Source: Octopus sinensis (Eukaryota). Taken from it: a stretch of 64,000 nucleotides of DNA. Position 1 is the stretch's first letter; the number at the start of each line of letters is the position of its first letter. Under the pieces are notes generated by a model. It worked only from the letters and a program-made list of their open reading frames with translations. It was not told the DNA's origin and did not search any database. A program made the position numbers and the translations under genes. The stretch spans positions 7,316,001 through 7,380,000 of the forward strand of contig NC_043014.1 in assembly GCF_006345805.1 (NCBI RefSeq). Direction: 5' to 3'. This document shows, in pieces, positions 1 to 11,275 of this stretch.

Positions 1-28
1 ACAGGACATGCATGTTCATCTCTTTCTT

Positions 29-97
<69 letters not shown>

Positions 98-126
98 CAG
101 CTAAAGATGTGCAAAAGAACGCTTAC

Positions 127-228
127 CAAATGACAAAGCCTGTTGAGGTTAGTGTACTGGTTGATCATCATTCGGCTGAGACATGGTAGGGTGGCCACCA
201 GGATGTGACACCCGTTCAACAAACTCAC
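127..228 (-). CDS. TDRD12: TDRD12-like exon 15, helicase motif Ib (VSLLNGCHILVATLPCLSRMMINQYTNLNRLCHL)
   Basis: ttgttatttcag acceptor and GTAAGC donor, 102 nt, phase 0-0. Resembles GCDVIVTTP...LRLCHL. Confidence 0.92.
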
Positions 229-470
229 CTGAAATAACAAACACAAGGAAAAAAAAAAAAGAAAACATTTACAAAACACCAAATCACTATTTATATAATG
301 CACTACTCTCATACAAACATACATACACATATATACTTTATACATGTGTATATATTTCTATATATAATGACAAAGACATCAACCTGTGCCAGAATGAACA
401 ACAGACATTGATAGATGATAATGATGCTATGTATGTAAGCGTGTGGCATTTATGTATAGTAATGCCCTCT

Positions 471-790
471 ATCATCATTTAACGTCCGCTTTCCATGCTA
501 GATGGGTTGGACGGTTCAACTGGGGTCTGGGGAGCCCGAAGGCTGCACCAGGCCAGTCAGATCTGGCAGTGTTTCTACAGCTGGATGCCCTTCCTAACGC
601 CAACCACTCTGAGAGTGTAGTGGGTGATTTTATGTGCCACTGACACAGGTGCCAGACGAGGCTGGCGAACGGCCACGCTCGGATGGTGTTTTTTATGTGC
701 CACCGACACAGGTGCCAGACAAGGCTGGCAGACGGCCACGCTCGGATGGTGTTTTTATGTGCCACCGACACAGGTGCCAGATGAGGCTGA
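471..790 (-). mobile_element. Truncated RTE 3' UTR (family C); about 30 copies on both strands, e.g. 5520-5716, 7500-7870, 7970-8190, 8420-8780, 9935-10315, 12578-12770, 13470-14020, 32440-32885, 32990-33350, 39690-40105, 44985-45232, 45590-46330
   Basis: ggatgcccttcctaacgccaacc core, ~60-bp internal repeats and a (ATC)n/(GAT)n tail. Confidence 0.85.
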
Positions 791-900
791 TAATATAAAT
801 AAATATATTTAAGTGAAAAAATTGGTGGATTTTTTCTCTTATGAGGTTTTTCACGCTAACTACTTGATAAATTCTTATGAAGATTTTATTCTATTTTTAA

Positions 901-932
<32 letters not shown>

Positions 933-935
<3 letters not shown>

Positions 936-1328
936 TGTGGAGGTGCAATGGCCCAGTCCTACTGGTTAGGGCTGTAGACTCACGGTCATAGGATCACGGT
1001 TTCAATCCCCAGACTGGGCGTTATGAGTGTTTATTGACTGGAAACACCTAAAGCTCCATGAGCCTCCGGCAGTGAGGGAGGGGGGGGGGTCAACACTGCT
1101 GTACTCTTTCACCACGACTTTCTCTCACTCTTTCTTCCTATTTCTGTTGTATCTGCATTTCAAAGGGCCAGCCTTGTCACACTCTGTGTCACGCTGAATC
1201 TCCCCGAGAACTATGTTAAGGATATGTGTGTCTGTGGAGTACTCAGCCACTTACACATTAATTTCACAAGCAGGCTGTTCCGTTGATCGTATCAGCTGGG
1301 ACCCTTGTCGCAACCAACGGAGTGCCAC
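933..1328 (+). mobile_element. tRNA-headed SINE, family D
   Basis: A/B-box-like head and a 3' module ttaatttcac(g/a)agcaggctgttccgttgatc. Homologous to 59185-59555. Confidence 0.8.
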
Positions 1329-1337
1329 GTATAGGTA

Positions 1338-1745
1338 TACTCTTTCACTCTTTTACTTGTTTCAGTCATTTGACTGCAGCCATGCTGGAGCACTGCCTTT
1401 AGTCAAATCAAATCGACCCCGAGACTTATTCTTTGTAAGCCCAGTACTTATTCTATCGGTCTCTTTTGCCGAACCGCTAAGTGACGGGGACATAAACACA
1501 CCAGCATCGGTTGTCAAGCAATGCTGGTGGGGGGGACAAACACAGACACACAAACACACACACATATATATACATATATACGACGGGCTTCTTTCAGTTT
1601 CCATCTACCAAATCCACTCACAAGGCTTTGGTCGGCCCGAGGCTATAGTAGAAGACACTTGCCCAAGGTGCCATGCAGTGGGACTGAACCCAGAACCATG
1701 TGGTTGGTAAACAAGCTAATTACCACGCAGCCACTCCTGCACCTA
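1338..1745 (-). mobile_element. SINE family A
   Basis: Reverse complement of the family A sequence. Confidence 0.85.
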
Positions 1746-1920
1746 TGTATGTATATAAAAATTGAATAAATAGAGCCAACAGAAAGAAGTAGGTCTAGAC
1801 AGCTATTTAATAAACACTACACCTGTTTCGATACAACACAGATCCACACATACACACGATTTAAATTAAGCAACAGTTCACCTGTATGATGGGATCCAGT
1901 CACATCTCCTCAGGTGATAT

Positions 1921-2450
1921 ATCATTTCATCATTTCATCTAGTTTCAGCTCATGAGCTGTGGCCATGCTGGGGGCACTGCCATTTGGTGTTGCTACATGA
2001 TTTTACTTCACAAATGCTTTTTAGCAATTGACATTTGGTGCATGAGAGAGTTCGATGCAGCTGCCCTCATCTGCACCTCCTGCCGTGAAGTTGGTTAATC
2101 TGGGACACCTGACAGGAAGAGATCCAGTTTCATTTTAAAGACATCTGCATCTACCCCATGCAGGTCTCTCAGGTCCATCGGGAGGATATTGAAGAGCTGT
2201 GGACCTCTGAAGCCCAGGCTATCGCAGTATCTTGTCCTACATCTTGATGGCAAATTTGGAGTCCTTGGCACTATGCAGTGGCGCCCAGTTCTAGTATTTG
2301 TGTAACTCTCGATGCCAAAGTTTGGGACAAGTCCTTCCAGGATCTTCCAGATGTATATTATGGCATATCTTTCTCGCCTACACTCTAAGGAATAGAGTCT
2401 TAATCTCTTGAGTCTTCCCCAATAGCTTATATGCTGCATATAATCGCTTT
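1921..2450 (-). mobile_element. 5'-truncated CR1/L2-like LINE
   Basis: SYWGRLKRLRLYSLECRRERY...GPQLFNILP...FKMKLDLFL, with an (AATGA)-like tail. Confidence 0.85.
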
Positions 2451-2652
2451 TGCCCGTAAGCAAAACTTTGAATTTAATGCCAACACATCCAACTTTTATC
2501 TTTCACCCACGATGAATGCCTAAGCCTAGAGTTGGAAAACTACCAGCTATTTGGGAATTCTAAGGGGGTGAACGAGCTCTTTTGTGCCCTAATATGTTCC
2601 TGACGGAATACACTTTAAATTATATATGCGTGTGTGTGTGTGTGTGCGTGTC

Positions 2653-2690
<38 letters not shown>

Positions 2691-2925
2691 ATAATAAGGG
2701 TTTTTGCAACAAGTTGCTTAAACCACATTCCAAAAATTTTAGAAATAGCAGTATATATATGTATGTATACGTTTCTACAACATTGTAGGAAACCATAAAG
2801 CTCAGATTGAATGCTGCATTGGAAATAACCCATTTTTCTATCCTTTCAAGATCTTACACACCTACACACACACACACACAGTTATTTTTAATGGGTACCA
2901 AGTAAGTCAACAAGCAAGGCTCACA

Positions 2926-3231
2926 TCTTTATATATAAAATTGAAGTTGTGTGTGTGAGACTCTGTCTCCTCTGATTTAGATTCCTAACTACTCCCACAT
3001 TTTGCGGTGCAGTTTAACAAAACCGGGTATCTTATAGTCGTCATTCATATCGAGCCCTTCTGGGTACTAGCACGCGTCTACAATGAGTCTAAGATTTAAA
3101 AAAAAATTTACCATCATTTTTCTGCATTTTTAATGATTTTTGCTCGGGTTATATAAGGGAAGTAACTCTCTAAAAATGCTTATATAGTTATTTCCCTTAC
3201 AAACCCGAGCAACACTGGGCGATACTGCTAG
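2926..3231 (+). mobile_element. Non-autonomous Helitron
   Basis: 5' TC, 3' hairpin plus CTAG, inserted between A and T. Confidence 0.85.
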
Positions 3232-3270
3232 TCTTTCATAAAAAAAAGTGAGAAAAAAACACAAGCTTAC

Positions 3271-3405
3271 CGATTTATTGTGTTCCGCACCCCCACCGTA
3301 GATGACCTCTACGACGATGTCTTTGTGCGCCGATGCCAACCTACGGCACTGCTCGTAGACTTCTTCAGCCTTGATCCAAGACGAGACCAAGATTATGGCC
3401 AAGGG
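3271..3405 (-). CDS. TDRD12: TDRD12-like exon 14, helicase motif Ia region (PLAIILVSSWIKAEEVYEQC...IYGGGAEHNKS)
   Basis: TAG acceptor and GTAAGC donor, 135 nt, phase 0-0. Resembles PLAVIVCPGWKKA and contains the GG motif. Confidence 0.92.
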
Positions 3406-3553
3406 CTATACAATGAGAACAGAAGGACATTCATGGAATAAAATCAACGCCAACCATTTATTGGAACTACTACTACTACTTCTGCTTCTTGCTGTTGCTG
3501 TTAAGTGGCCACTGCCACCAGACAAAACTAACACTCACAAGGGAATAAAATAA

Positions 3554-3584
<31 letters not shown>

Positions 3585-3634
3585 GTTTAACGTTCGCTTT
3601 CCATGCTAGCATGGGTCGGACGGTTTGACTGTGG

Positions 3635-4029
3635 CGGCGAGCTGGCAGAAACGTTAGCACACCGGGCGAAATGCGTAGCCCTATTTCGTCTGCCGTTACG
3701 TTCTGAGTTCAAATTCCGCCAAGGTCGACTTTGCCTTTCATCCTTTCGGGGTCGATAAACTAAGGTCGATGTAATTGACTTAATCCATTTGTCTGTCCTT
3801 GTTTGTCCTCTCCGTGTTTAACCCCTTGTGGGTAGTAAAGAAATAGGTATTTCGTCTGCCGCTACGTTCTGAGTTCAAATTCCGCCAAGGTCGACTTTGC
3901 CTTTCATCCTTTCGGGGTCGATAAACTAAGTACCAGTTACGCACTGGGGTCGATGTAATTGACTTAATCTGTTTGTCTGTCCTTGTTTGTCCTCTCTGTG
4001 TTTAACCCCTTGTGGGTAGTAAAGAAATA
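3635..4029 (+). mobile_element. SINE family B dimer inserted into an RTE 3' UTR, with a 13-bp TSD
   Basis: ggtttgactgtgg at 3622-3634 and 4030-4042. The central gcctttcatcctttcggggtcgataaa..aagtaccag resembles the MetaSINE-type domain (from memory). Confidence 0.85.
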
Positions 4030-4509
4030 GGTTTGACTGTGGGCAGGTGAACCAGATGGCTGCGCCAGGCTCCAGTCTTGATCTGGCAGAGCTTCTACAG
4101 CCCTTCCTAACGCCAACCACTCCAGGAGTGTAGTGGGTGCTTTTATGTGCTACCGGCACGGGGGCCAATCAGGCGGTACTGGCAACGACCTCGCTCAAAG
4201 TTTCTTTTTTTTTACACATGCCAGCGGCACAGGTGCCAGTAAGGCGATGCTGGTAACGATCCCGCTCGAATGGTGCCTCCTACATGCCACCGGCACGGAA
4301 GCTGGTTAGCTGCTCTGACAACGATCACGTTCAGATGGTGCTCTTAGCACCCTACTAGCATGGGGCAGAAGTGCCAGTAAGGCGAAGCTGGTAACGATCA
4401 CACTCCAATGGTGCCTTTTATGTGCCACTGGCACGCTCGTATGGTGCTCGTGCTCGTCATCGAATTTCACTTTGATTTTGATAATAAAATACAATGATAT
4501 ATACAATGA

Positions 4510-4918
4510 TAGGTGCAGGAGTGGCTGTGTGGTAAGTAGCTTGCTAACCAACCACATGGTTCCGGGTTCAGTCCCACTGCGTGGCATCTTGGGCAAGTGT
4601 CTTCTGCTATAGCCCCGGGCCGACCAATGCCTTGTGAGTGGATTTGGTAGACAGAAACTGAAAGAAGCCTGTCGTATATATGTATATATATATAAGTGTG
4701 TGTGTATATGTTTGTGTGTCTGTGTTTGTCCCCCTAGCATTGCTTGACAACCGATGCTGGTGTGTTTAAGTCCCCGTCACTTAGCGGTTCGGCAAAAGAG
4801 ATCGATAGAATAAGTACTGGGCTTACAAAAGAATAAGTCCCGGGGTCGATTTGCTCGACTAAAGGCGGTGCTCCAGCATGGCCGCAGTCAAATGACTGAA
4901 ACAAGTAAAAGAGTATAG
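4510..4918 (+). mobile_element. tRNA/CORE-like SINE family A (about 20 copies in the window; representative)
   Basis: Head ggcgcaggagtggctgtgtggtaag...ggttcagtccca, then ttgggcaagtgtctt, an internal (TA/TG)n tract and a gtaaaaga tail. May be one of the published octopus OK/OR1/OR2 SINEs (unverified). Confidence 0.85.
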
Positions 4919-5094
4919 AGAGATATCCTTATTATTATTTAGCGCTGACTTTCTCATGCTTGCATGGGTGGGGTGTAATCTGTACAGGAAGATTTTCTAT
5001 GGCAGGACGCCCTTCCGGTAGCCAACTCTCACCTATTTCCAGATAAGGTAATATTTGCTGTTGGCTGGACAGGTTTTCAATAAAAAACTGGAAA

Positions 5095-5500
5095 TGGACA
5101 ATATGTGCATCTCTGATCACGAGTAGAAGTAGTGAGGAAGCATCATAGCCATGTGCTGAGAGGAATTCTTTGGGGTTTGGATAATTCACTTCTGGAAACA
5201 TGGATGTTTCATTCAACATATTCAGGGACCTTTTGAGCGGGATGGGCTACTCAACCTGAAGAAAATTCTAACTGGGCCCCACCTGCAAGGTCATATGCTG
5301 TTTATCTTTTATGAGATCACCATGTCGCACACATATGGTTGTCATGCATGTGCCTGGTGTACCCTTATCAGACGGGTAGTCATGATGGGTATACTGGGCT
5401 TCGTATATTTTACCCAAGTCTCACTTTGATGGCATGCACTGCTCTCTCACTCAATAAAATTAATAATAATAATAATAATAATAATATAATAATAATAATA
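5095..5500 (+). mobile_element. Unclassified retroposon family F with an (AAT)n tail; reverse copy at ~11854-12110
   Basis: Two homologous copies in opposite orientation. Confidence 0.65.
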
Positions 5501-5962
5501 ATAATAATAAAAATAATAATCATCATCATCATCATCATCATCGTTTAGCGTCCGTTTTCCATGCTAGCATGGGTTGGACGGTTCAACTGGGGTCTGTGAA
5601 GCCAGAAGGCTTCATCAGGCCTAGTCAGATCTAGCAGTGTTTCTACGGCTGGATGCCCTTCCTAACGCCAACCACTCCGTGAGTGTAGTGGGTGCTTTTT
5701 ACGTGCCACCCGCACAATAATAATAATAATAATAATAATAATAATCCTTTCTATTATAGGCACAAAGCCTGAAACTTGTGGGGATGAGGTAAGTTGATTA
5801 CATCGACCCAGTGCATAACTGGTACTCATTTATTTGACCCCAAAGGGATGAATGGCAAAGTTGACATTGGTAGAATTTGAACTCAGAATGTGAAGACAGA
5901 CAAAATACCATAAAGCATTTCGCCCGGCATGTAAATGATTCTGCCAGATTCCATCTTGATGA

Positions 5963-6527
5963 TAATGATGGAGGAAGAAGAAGAAGAAGAACAGCAGCAG
6001 CAGAAGAAGAGGAGGCGGAGGAGGAGGAGAAGATGAGGAGGACGAGGAGTAGAAGAAGAGGCGGAGGAGGAGAAGAAGAGGAGGAGGTGGTGGAGGGGAG
6101 AGAAGAAGAGAGAAGAAGAGGCGGAGGAGGAGAAGAAGATGAGGAGGTGGTGGAGGGGGAGAAGAAGAAGAGGCGGAGGAGGAGAAGAAGAAGAAAAGAA
6201 GAGGCGGAGAAGAAGAAGAGGAGGTGGTGGAGGGGGAGAAGAAGAGAAGAAGAGGCGGAGGAGGAGAAGAAGAGGAGGAGGAGGAGGAGGAGGAGAAGAA
6301 GAAGAGGAGAAGAAGAAGAAGAGGAGAAGAAGAGGAGGAGGAGGAGGAGGAGGAGGAGAAGAAGAGGAGGTGGTGGAGGGGGAAAAGAAGAGAAGAAGAA
6401 GAAGAGGTGGAGGAGGGGGAGAAGAAGAAGAAGAGGTGGAGGAGGGGGAGAAGAAGAAGAAGAAGAAGAAGAAGGTGAAGAAGAAGAAGAAGAAGGTGAA
6501 GAAGAAGGTGAAGAAGAAGAAGAATTC
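5963..6527. repeat. Polypurine (GAA/GGA/GGT)n tract, ~565 bp
   Basis: Visible directly; source of spurious poly-E/R/G ORFs. Confidence 0.95.
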
Positions 6528-6676
6528 AAAATGAAACAAACAAAAACCACTGGAAAATCAGTAGCACTCCAGTATGGCCATAACTCAATGGCTATACTGG
6601 AAAATTGGTAGTACTCCAGTATGGCCATAGCTCAATGGCTGAAACCAGTGAAAGAAGTAAAAGAGTTAATACTCAC

Positions 6677-6865
6677 CCCATTGCTATACTGAATGTCTGC
6701 GTACATTGTATACTGGCAGAGGTTGGAGAGAATCGGAACGAGGTAAGCCCAGGTCTTGCCAGAGTTCTGTGGAGCGATGCCAATGATGTCCTTGCCGCGT
6801 ATGGCCGGGCGCCAACAATAAGCTTGAATGGTTCTTGGCTGCAGACTGGGAAAGTCTTTCAGAAA
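6677..6865 (-). CDS. TDRD12: TDRD12-like exon 13, helicase Q motif and Walker A (IQAYCWRPAIRGKDIIGIAPQNSGKTWAYLVPIL...NG)
   Basis: tttccacatttccag acceptor and GTGAGT donor, 189 nt, phase 0-0. Clear SF2 helicase motifs; resembles SYCWPPIARGCD. Confidence 0.93.
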
Positions 6866-6957
6866 CTGGAAATGTGGAAAGAGGGCACAAAGTTAAGAGC
6901 CATGAAAGCTTGGTGGGTGGGGGGAATCTCTTTTTTAAAAAAAAATGTATAAAACAT

Positions 6958-7255
6958 CAGTTTTGTACCTGTTTTAACCTTCTATTTTGTACCTGTTTTT
7001 GTAGCTGTTTTGACCTATTTTGTACCTGTTTTAACCTTCTATTTTGTACCTGTTTTGACCTGTTTTGTACCTATTTTAACCTTCTGTTTCGTACCTGTTT
7101 TTGTACTTGTTTTAACATTCTGTTTTGTACCTGTTTTAACCTTCTGTTTTGTACCTGTTCTAACCTTCTGTTTCGTACTTGTTTTTGTACCTGTTTTAAC
7201 CTTCTGTTTTGTACCTGTTTTAACTTTCTGTTTTGTACCTGTTTTAACCTTCTGA
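6958..7255. repeat. Minisatellite with 12/24-bp units (ttttgtacctgt-tttaaccttctg)
   Basis: Direct tandem repeats. Confidence 0.9.
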
Positions 7256-9388
7256 CATTCAAATTACTAAGTCACACGTGATGCTTATTTGCTCACATCA
7301 TTTTGCAAGATATCAATGATGTGACAGTTTATCCAAAGCACGATATTGTAGGGTAGGTGAGAGAGGGTGTACCTGGCCGGTTTGGGCGTAAAACAGGCAG
7401 AATATTTGGGCGAGACATGGCCAGTTTGAATGCTAATGGGGTTAACTCTTTAACATTTAGATTACCATACGAGTGAGATTGGGGCCAGAGCAACAAGGCC
7501 GGCCTCCGAGCCAATGGTACATTAAAAACACCATTCGAGCGTGACCATTACCTGCGTCGCCTTACTAGCACTTGTGGTGGTGATACCTGAAAAAACATTC
7601 GAGCGAGGTCATTGCCAGTGCCGCTGGACTGGCTCACATGAAAAGCACCATTTGAGCGTGGCCATTGCCAGTACTGCCTGACTGGCCCTCATGCCAGTGA
7701 CATGTAAAAGCACCCACTACACTCTTGGAGTGGTTGGCGTTAGGAAGGGCATCCAGCTGTAGAAACTCTGCCAGATCAGACTGGAGCCTGGTGCAGCCTC
7801 CTGGCTTCCCAGACCCCGGACGAACCATTCAACCCATGCTAGCATGGAAAGTGGATGTTAAACGAGGATGATGATGATCACAGTAGCCTGGTGCAGTCTT
7901 CTACCCTGCCAGCTCTTGTCAAACCATCCAACCCATGCCAGCATGGAAAACGGACGTTAAACGAGGATCATCATCATCATCATCGTTTAACGTCCGCTTT
8001 CCATGCTAGCATGGGTTGGACGGTTCAACTGGGATCTGGGAAGCCAGAAGGCTGCATCAGGCCCAGTCTGATCTGGCAGTGTTTCTACAGCTGGATGCCC
8101 TTCCTAACGCCAACCACTCCGTGAGTGTAGTGGGTGCTTTTTACGTGCCACCCACACAGGTGCCAGACGAGGTTGGCAAACGGCCACGCTCGGATGATGA
8201 TGATGATGTCAGATGTGATGATTATTTCCTCACATCATTTTGAATTAATCATGCATTATCTCATGGCCTAAAGATATCAATGATGTGACAGTTTATCCTA
8301 AGAATGATATTATAGGGTAGGTGAGGGAGGCTGTATCTGGCCAGTTTGGGCATAAAAGAGGCAGAATATTTGGATAAGACGTGGCCAGTTTAAATGCCGA
8401 TGGGGTTAACCCATTAGCAAACCATCCGAACGTGGCTGTTGCCAGTGCCGTCCCGACTGGCCTCCGTGCCGGTGGCACGTAAAAAGCACCATCCGATTGT
8501 GGCCGTTGCCAGCCTCATCTGGCCCCCGTGCCAGTGGCACGTAAAAAGCACCATCCGATCGTGACTGTTTGCCAGCCTCGTCTGGCACCTGTGCAGGTGG
8601 CACATAAAAAGCACCCACTACACTCTCGGAGTGGTTGGCGTTATGAAGGGCATCCAGCTGTAGAAACACTGCCAGATCAGAAGGGGCCTGGCGCAGCCTT
8701 CTGGCTTCTCAGACCCCAGTTGAACCGTCCAACCCATGCTAGCATGGAAAACGGACATTAAACGATGATGATGATGATTACTTTGTCAAATATGATGCTT
8801 ATTTATTCACGTTGCTTTAAATTAATCTTGCATTACTTCGCAGCTTCAAGATTTTGAAAATATGATTGTTTATTTTAGAATGACATTGTAGGGTGGGTGT
8901 GAGAGGCTGGATCAGGAAATTCTGACCATAAAACAGGTAGAATATTTGGGTTAGATACAACCAGTTTAAATTTGAATGCTAAAGGATTTAAATATATTTT
9001 TATTTTATCTTATTTCTACAAAGAAAATCAAGACCTTTGAAACATGCACAGATCCACACTCTACAACGGCCCCTCAACATTTGCCAGCCCTTGGTGTTTG
9101 TGTACTCACAACACCACTACCCCCTCATCAGGGGAAACTATGACCCAGATTATGAATTCCTTTTCCACACACACCTATAAACTGTTAGAAATAGTAGCCA
9201 AATCACACTCAACATTCTTGTAAAGACACAATGAAGAATAATATAGTCCTAACTATACAATGCTTGAATACAATACAGGATGGCCATGGCAGGATATCTT
9301 TGGATCAAAGACCTACTGAATCTGATTTTATTTCAGGATAAACTCAAAGAATATGAGAAATTCTACAGAAACTAGTTACATATGTGTA

Positions 9389-9690
9389 TGTTGTTTGTTC
9401 CTTCTTGAGCCACGCCTAGCTCATAAGGGCCGGTTTCCCGGTTTCCTTGGCGTGTAGGTTCCCCCTGGATGGGACGCCGGTTCGTCGCAGGTGAGCTGCA
9501 AGATGCAGGAGGAAAGAGTGAGAGAAAGTTGTGGCGAAAGAGTCAGCAGAAGTTTCGCCATTACCTTCTGCCGGAACCATGTAGAGCTTAGGTGTTTTGC
9601 TCATAAACACACACATTGCCTGGTCTGAGATTCGAACCCGCGATCCCTCGACCGCGAGTCCGCTGCTCTAACCACTAGGCCATGTGCCTC
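9389..9690 (-). mobile_element. SINE family E (family D head and body, different 3' module); second copy at ~11325-11620
   Basis: Two homologous copies, each with a tRNA-like head and an acctgcgacg..cgtcccatccagggg tail module. Confidence 0.8.
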
Positions 9691-9714
9691 CATATGTGTA
9701 TGTGTGTGTGTGGG

Positions 9715-9930
9715 TGTCGATATCTGAACAGGAGGACAAAGTTTCAGAGCGTCAGGTGTCTGGCTCTCACTGTTTTGTTTTATAGTTTCGAGACTTGTAC
9801 ATTGTTTGGAACCTTTGGGGGCTGCCTGGACTCCTCCAACATCAGGACATTTCGCAGGAGAACTATTCTCAGAAACCAGGATGCATCCTGTCACTTGTAC
9901 GACTCAGGATTGTCAACTCAGACTGTTCAG
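9715..9930 (+). mobile_element. Degenerate RTE RT C-terminal fragment; another RTE 3' fragment at ~44600-44740
   Basis: LNRRTK...LFYSFETCTL resembles the RTE TK..Y..LLYG.ETWT motif. Confidence 0.65.
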
Positions 9931-11158
9931 TTATCATCATCATATAGCGTCCGCTTTCCATGCTGGCATGGGTTGGACGGTTCGACCGGGGTCTGGGAAG
10001 CCAGGAGGCTGCACCAGGCCCAGTCTGATCTGGCAATGTTTCTACAGCTGGATGCCCTTCCTAATGCCAACCACTCCGTGAGTGTTGTGGGTGCTTTTTA
10101 CGTGTCACCGGCACGGGGGCCAGGCAAGGCTGGCAAATGGCCACGATCGGATGGTGCTTTTTACGTGCCCCCGGCACGGGGGCCAGGCAAGGCTGGCAAA
10201 TGGCCACGATCGGATGGTGCTTTTTACGTGGCACCGGCACGGGGGCCAAGCAAGGCTGGCAACAGCCACGATTGGATGGTGCTTTTTACATGCCACTGGC
10301 ACGCAGGCCCGTCATCGATTTTTCTGAGTTGGATCCTGTATATCGTGTTCGCTTCTCTGAGGATCTGACTGGGGTAATGGATCGTGTTGGTTGGCCATAT
10401 GCCTCATGTCCACAGAGGATAAGGAAATATTTCACTAAGATGGTCAGTGATTGGGGCAGTGCTTTGAGGGTTGACTAGGGCAACCCAAGCAGATCTTGAC
10501 AAATGATAGATGCAGTGACATGCTACAACAATGCATGGCCCCATAACTGACCTGACCGCTATGAGTATGTATTAAATTAAGTTAAGTTAATTTTTTGGCT
10601 CAAAAAGCAAAAAGCAAGGCCATGTAGGGGGACATGGAGTTATGTACAGGGTGGTGTTCATGCAAAGAGTTCAGGCCATTTCTGGTCAAGGGAGACTTTG
10701 AACCGAGCGGTCGTCGGCATCTTCACTATTTCGTCCGGCAGCTTATTCCACGGATCCGCAACCCGGATGGAGAAAGCCCCTCTCCTTCGATTGAGATGAA
10801 ATCGTCGCAGATAGAGCTTTTCGGAGTGACCCCGCAGCCAACGCTCTGGAGCAGGAGTGAAGAACAGCTCTTTCAAGAGGTTACACTTTCCGCTTATGGT
10901 GTTGTGAGGCCATGTAGGGGGACATGGAGTTATGTACAGGGTGGTGTTCATGCAAAGAGTTCAGGCCATTTCTGGTCAAGGGAGACTTTGAACCGAGCGG
11001 TCTTCGGCATCTTCACTATCTCATCTGGCAGCCTATTCCAGCTTATGTGTGTGGCTGACCTCTATGCTGATTGACCAATAATCTTATTCACTTGACCATC
11101 TGAATGTTCAATAAGACAGTAAACAAAGAAGTGCCAAGTAAGCTGGCATTAAACTTAC

Positions 11159-11275
11159 CTGGGAGATGGCATCAGGTACATCAAAATCTTGGAGATTGTA
11201 AATCGGTGGCGGAATCTTCTCAGACACAAACAGGACTGAATCATTCATCAAAATCAACTCGGTTGTGAGAGGATC
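11159..11275 (-). CDS. TDRD12: TDRD12-like exon 12, pre-helicase segment (DPLTTELIL...SEKIPPPIYNLQDFDVPDAISQ)
   Basis: tttcttttcacag acceptor and GTAAGT donor, 117 nt, phase 0-0. Resembles the P-x-P-I segment that precedes DEAD-box Q motifs. Confidence 0.85.

Noticed and set aside
443-812. Recurrent ORFs such as MLAWVGRF..., [13 protein letters not shown]... and MSSNARGTNTDT...
   Set aside because: Chance translations of LINE UTR and SINE copies, repeated dozens of times.
5798-6628. Long poly-E/R/G and poly-S/P/L ORFs
   Set aside because: Products of the GA-rich simple repeat inside an intron.
10137-10478. Plus-strand ORF with a protein-like tail (DFSELDPVYRVRF...)
   Set aside because: It starts in an RTE UTR repeat, has no recognisable motif and no supporting splice structure.
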